DNA from: Bugula neritina
Taxonomy: Eukaryota > Animalia > Bryozoa
DNA: 64,000 nt
Direction of reading: 5' to 3'
Assembly: GCA_964035545.1 (NCBI GenBank)
Contig: CAXIUT010000183.1
Span: 558,001 to 622,000, forward strand
Position 1 is the first letter of the stretch. Every line of letters begins with the position of its first letter. The position numbers and the translations under genes are program-made. Shown here piece after piece: positions 61,501-64,000 of this stretch. The notes under the pieces were generated by a model that saw only the letters and a program-made list of their open reading frames with translations, made no database searches and was not told the DNA's origin.

Positions 61501-64000
61501 TATACTTTAACACATTGAAAAATACTGCAACATAATGAAATATACTGTAACACACTGAAATATACTGCAACATACCGAAATACACTGTAACATACTGAAA
61601 CACACTGCAACATACTGCATTATACTGACATACACTGGAACATATTGAAATACACTGCAACACAATGAAATATACTGCAACATACCAAAATATATGGTAA
61701 ACTACTGAAATATACTTTAACACATTGAAAAATACTGCAACATACTGAAATATACTGTAACACACCGAAATATACTGCAACATACTGAAATACACTGTAA
61801 CATACTGAAATAAACTGTAACATACTGAAATACACTGCAACATCCTACAACATACTGAACTACACTGTAACATTGTGAAATACACTGCAACACATTGAAA
61901 AATACTGCAACATACCGAAGTATACGGTAAACTATTGAATTATACTGTAACACATTGAAAAATACTGAAACACACTGAAATATACTCTGACACAATGCAA
62001 TATACTGTAACATACTGAAATATGCTGTAGCACACTGAAATACACTGCAACTCACTGAAATATACTACAACATACTGAAAAACACTGTAACATATTGAAA
62101 CATACTGCAACATACTACAACATATTGAAAGACACTGCAACACATTGAAATATACTGCAACATACCTAAATATCCGGTAATATACTGAAATATACTGTAA
62201 CACATTGAAAAATACTACAACATACTGAAATACACTGTAACATACTGAAATACACTGCAACAAACTACAACACATTGAAATACACTGCAACACATTGAAA
62301 TATACTGCAACATACCTAAATATACGGTAATATACCGAAAAAAAAACTGTAACAGATTGAAAAATTCTGCAACATACTGAAATAAACGGCAACACACTGA
62401 AATACAGCGGAAAATACTACAACATACTGAAATACACTGTAACATATTGAAATACACTGCAACACTTTGAAATATACTGCAACATACCGAAATATATGGT
62501 AAACTACTAAAATATACTGTAACACTTTGAAAAATAGTGCAACACACTGAAATATACTCTGACACATTGCAATATACTGTAACATACTGAAATATGCTGT
62601 AGCACACTGAAATACATTGCAACTCACTGAAATATACTGCAACATACTGAAATCCACTGTAACATATTGAAAAATACTGCAACATACTACAACATACTGA
62701 AATACACTGTAACACATTGAAATATACTACAACATACCTAAATATCCGGTAATATACTGAAATATACTGTAACACATTGAAAAATACTGCAACATACTGA
62801 AATACACTGCAACCCACTGAAATACATCGCAAAATACTACAACATACTGAAATACACTGTAACATATTGAAATACACTGCAACATACTGAAATACATTGC
62901 AAAATACTGCAACATATTGAAATACACTGCAGCATCCTACAACATGCTGAAATACACTGTAACATATTGAAATACACTGCAACACATTGAAATATACTGC
63001 AACATACCGCAATATATGGTAAACTACTGAAATATACTGTAACACATTGAAAAATACTGCATCATACTGAAATATACTGCGACACAATGCAATATTCTGT
63101 AACATACTGAGATATGCTGTAGCACACTGAAATACACTACAACTCACTGAAACATACTGCAACATACTGAAATACACTGTAACATCCTACAACATACTGA
63201 AATACACAGTAACATATTGAAATACACTGCAACACATTGAAATATACTGCAACATACCTAAATATACGGTAATATACTGAAAAATACTGTAACACATTGA
63301 AAAATACTGCAAGATACTGAAATATACTGTGACACATTGCAATATACTGTAACATACTGAAATATGCTCAAGCACACTGAAACACACTGCACCTCACTGA
63401 AACATACTGCAACATACTGAAATACACTGCAACATCCTACAACATACTGAAATACACTGCAACATATTGAAAGACACTGCAAGACAATGAAATATACTGC
63501 AACATACTGAAATATACCGTAACACACTGAAATATACTGCAACATACTGAAATACACTGCTACATACTGAAATATACTGCAACATACTGCAACATACTGA
63601 AATACACTGTAACATACTGAAATACACTGCAACAAACTACAACATATTGAAATACACTGCAACACATTGAAATATACTGCAACATACCTAAATATACGGT
63701 AATATAGCGGAAAAAAACTGTAACAGATTGACAAATTCTGCAACATACTGAAATATACTGCGACACATTGCAATATACTGTAACATACGGAAATACACTG
63801 CAACACATTGAAATACACTGCAACATACCAAAATAAATGGTAAACTACTGAAATATACTTTAACACATTGAAAAATACTGCAACATACTGAAATATACTG
63901 TAACACACTGAAATATACTGCAACATACTGAAATACACTGTAACATATTGAAATACACTGCAACAAACTACAACATATTGAAATACACTGCAACGCATTG
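55565..64000. repeat. 5040-bp-period tandem duplication (copy 1 ~55565-60604; copy 2 from ~60605, truncated by the window end)
   Basis: Constant offset of 5040 for ORF pairs 55745/60785, 56222/61262, 57175/62215 and 58520/63560. Shared private variants CACACCGAAA (56721/61761), CATACTGAAC (56811/61851) and AATCCACTGT (57611/62651). Confidence 0.93.
60083..61126. repeat. 522-bp tandem duplication straddling the 5040-bp junction
   Basis: Identical ORFs 60263..60523 and 60785..61045; A9 tracts at ~60454 and ~60976. Confidence 0.85.

Larger units (their letters stand above)
1..64000. repeat. Tandem satellite DNA array: 10-bp monomer, 20-bp dimer (consensus ~TACTGAAATA-YACTGYAACA), ~6,390 monomers, running off both window edges
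   Basis: Seen directly: every 10-nt block is a variant of TACTGAAATA or YACTGYAACA, mostly alternating. No unique sequence, inversion or foreign insertion was seen. Confidence 0.99.

Noticed and set aside
250-63998. Several hundred minus-strand ORFs (61-479 aa) as protein-coding genes
   Set aside because: They overlap in all three frames and translate the same repeat peptide. They end at sporadic substitutions, and indels follow a 10-bp rather than 3-bp rule. No recognisable domain is present.
1-64000. CRISPR array or other repeat-spacer system
   Set aside because: There are no unique spacers: sequence between the dyad markers is itself made of the same 10-mers. No cas genes or leader are present.
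1-64000. Telomeric repeat tract
   Set aside because: No G-run telomere-type motif on either strand. Variants are inherited in multi-kb blocks, which fits recombinational amplification rather than templated telomerase addition.
1-64000. Assignment to a known satellite (Drosophila AATAACATAG 10-mer, alpha satellite, mouse major/minor satellite) or to a species
   Set aside because: The consensus does not match those I can recall. Assignment needs a Dfam, Repbase or BLAST search that I cannot run.
1-64000. Whole window as a sequencing artefact or synthetic sequence
   Set aside because: Nested, consistently inherited private variants and stable homopolymer alleles between duplicate blocks indicate real evolutionary history and accurate sequence. 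Individual near-identical duplications still need read validation.

Overview
The whole 64,000-bp window is one uninterrupted, single-orientation, AT-rich satellite DNA array, most plausibly eukaryotic heterochromatin; the organism cannot be identified from the sequence. I see no credible gene, RNA gene, transposon or CRISPR array. The minus-strand ORFs are a by-product of repeat composition. The array is hierarchical: (1) a 10-bp monomer (~6,390 copies) of two alternating types, A = YAYTGAAATA and B = YACTGYAACA, forming a 20-bp dimer; (2) a ~250-bp, 25-monomer higher-order unit punctuated by a TACC-N9-GGTA dyad, with many truncated or expanded derivatives; (3) recent multi-kb duplications with offsets of about 4.3, 6.9-7.3, 3.3-3.9, 7.58, 1.98 and 5.04 kb; (4) an apparent ~26-27 kb alternation of variant domains. 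The 10-bp register is broken only 51 times by my manual count, always by +1 or +2 bp, and 46 of these breaks fall at one A-tract locus. The candidate system is therefore a structural one (a multi-tier higher-order-repeat satellite, possibly centromeric or pericentromeric), not a protein-coding one. Its novelty and function cannot be established without database searches and chromatin data. All counts and breakpoints were made by eye and are approximate.
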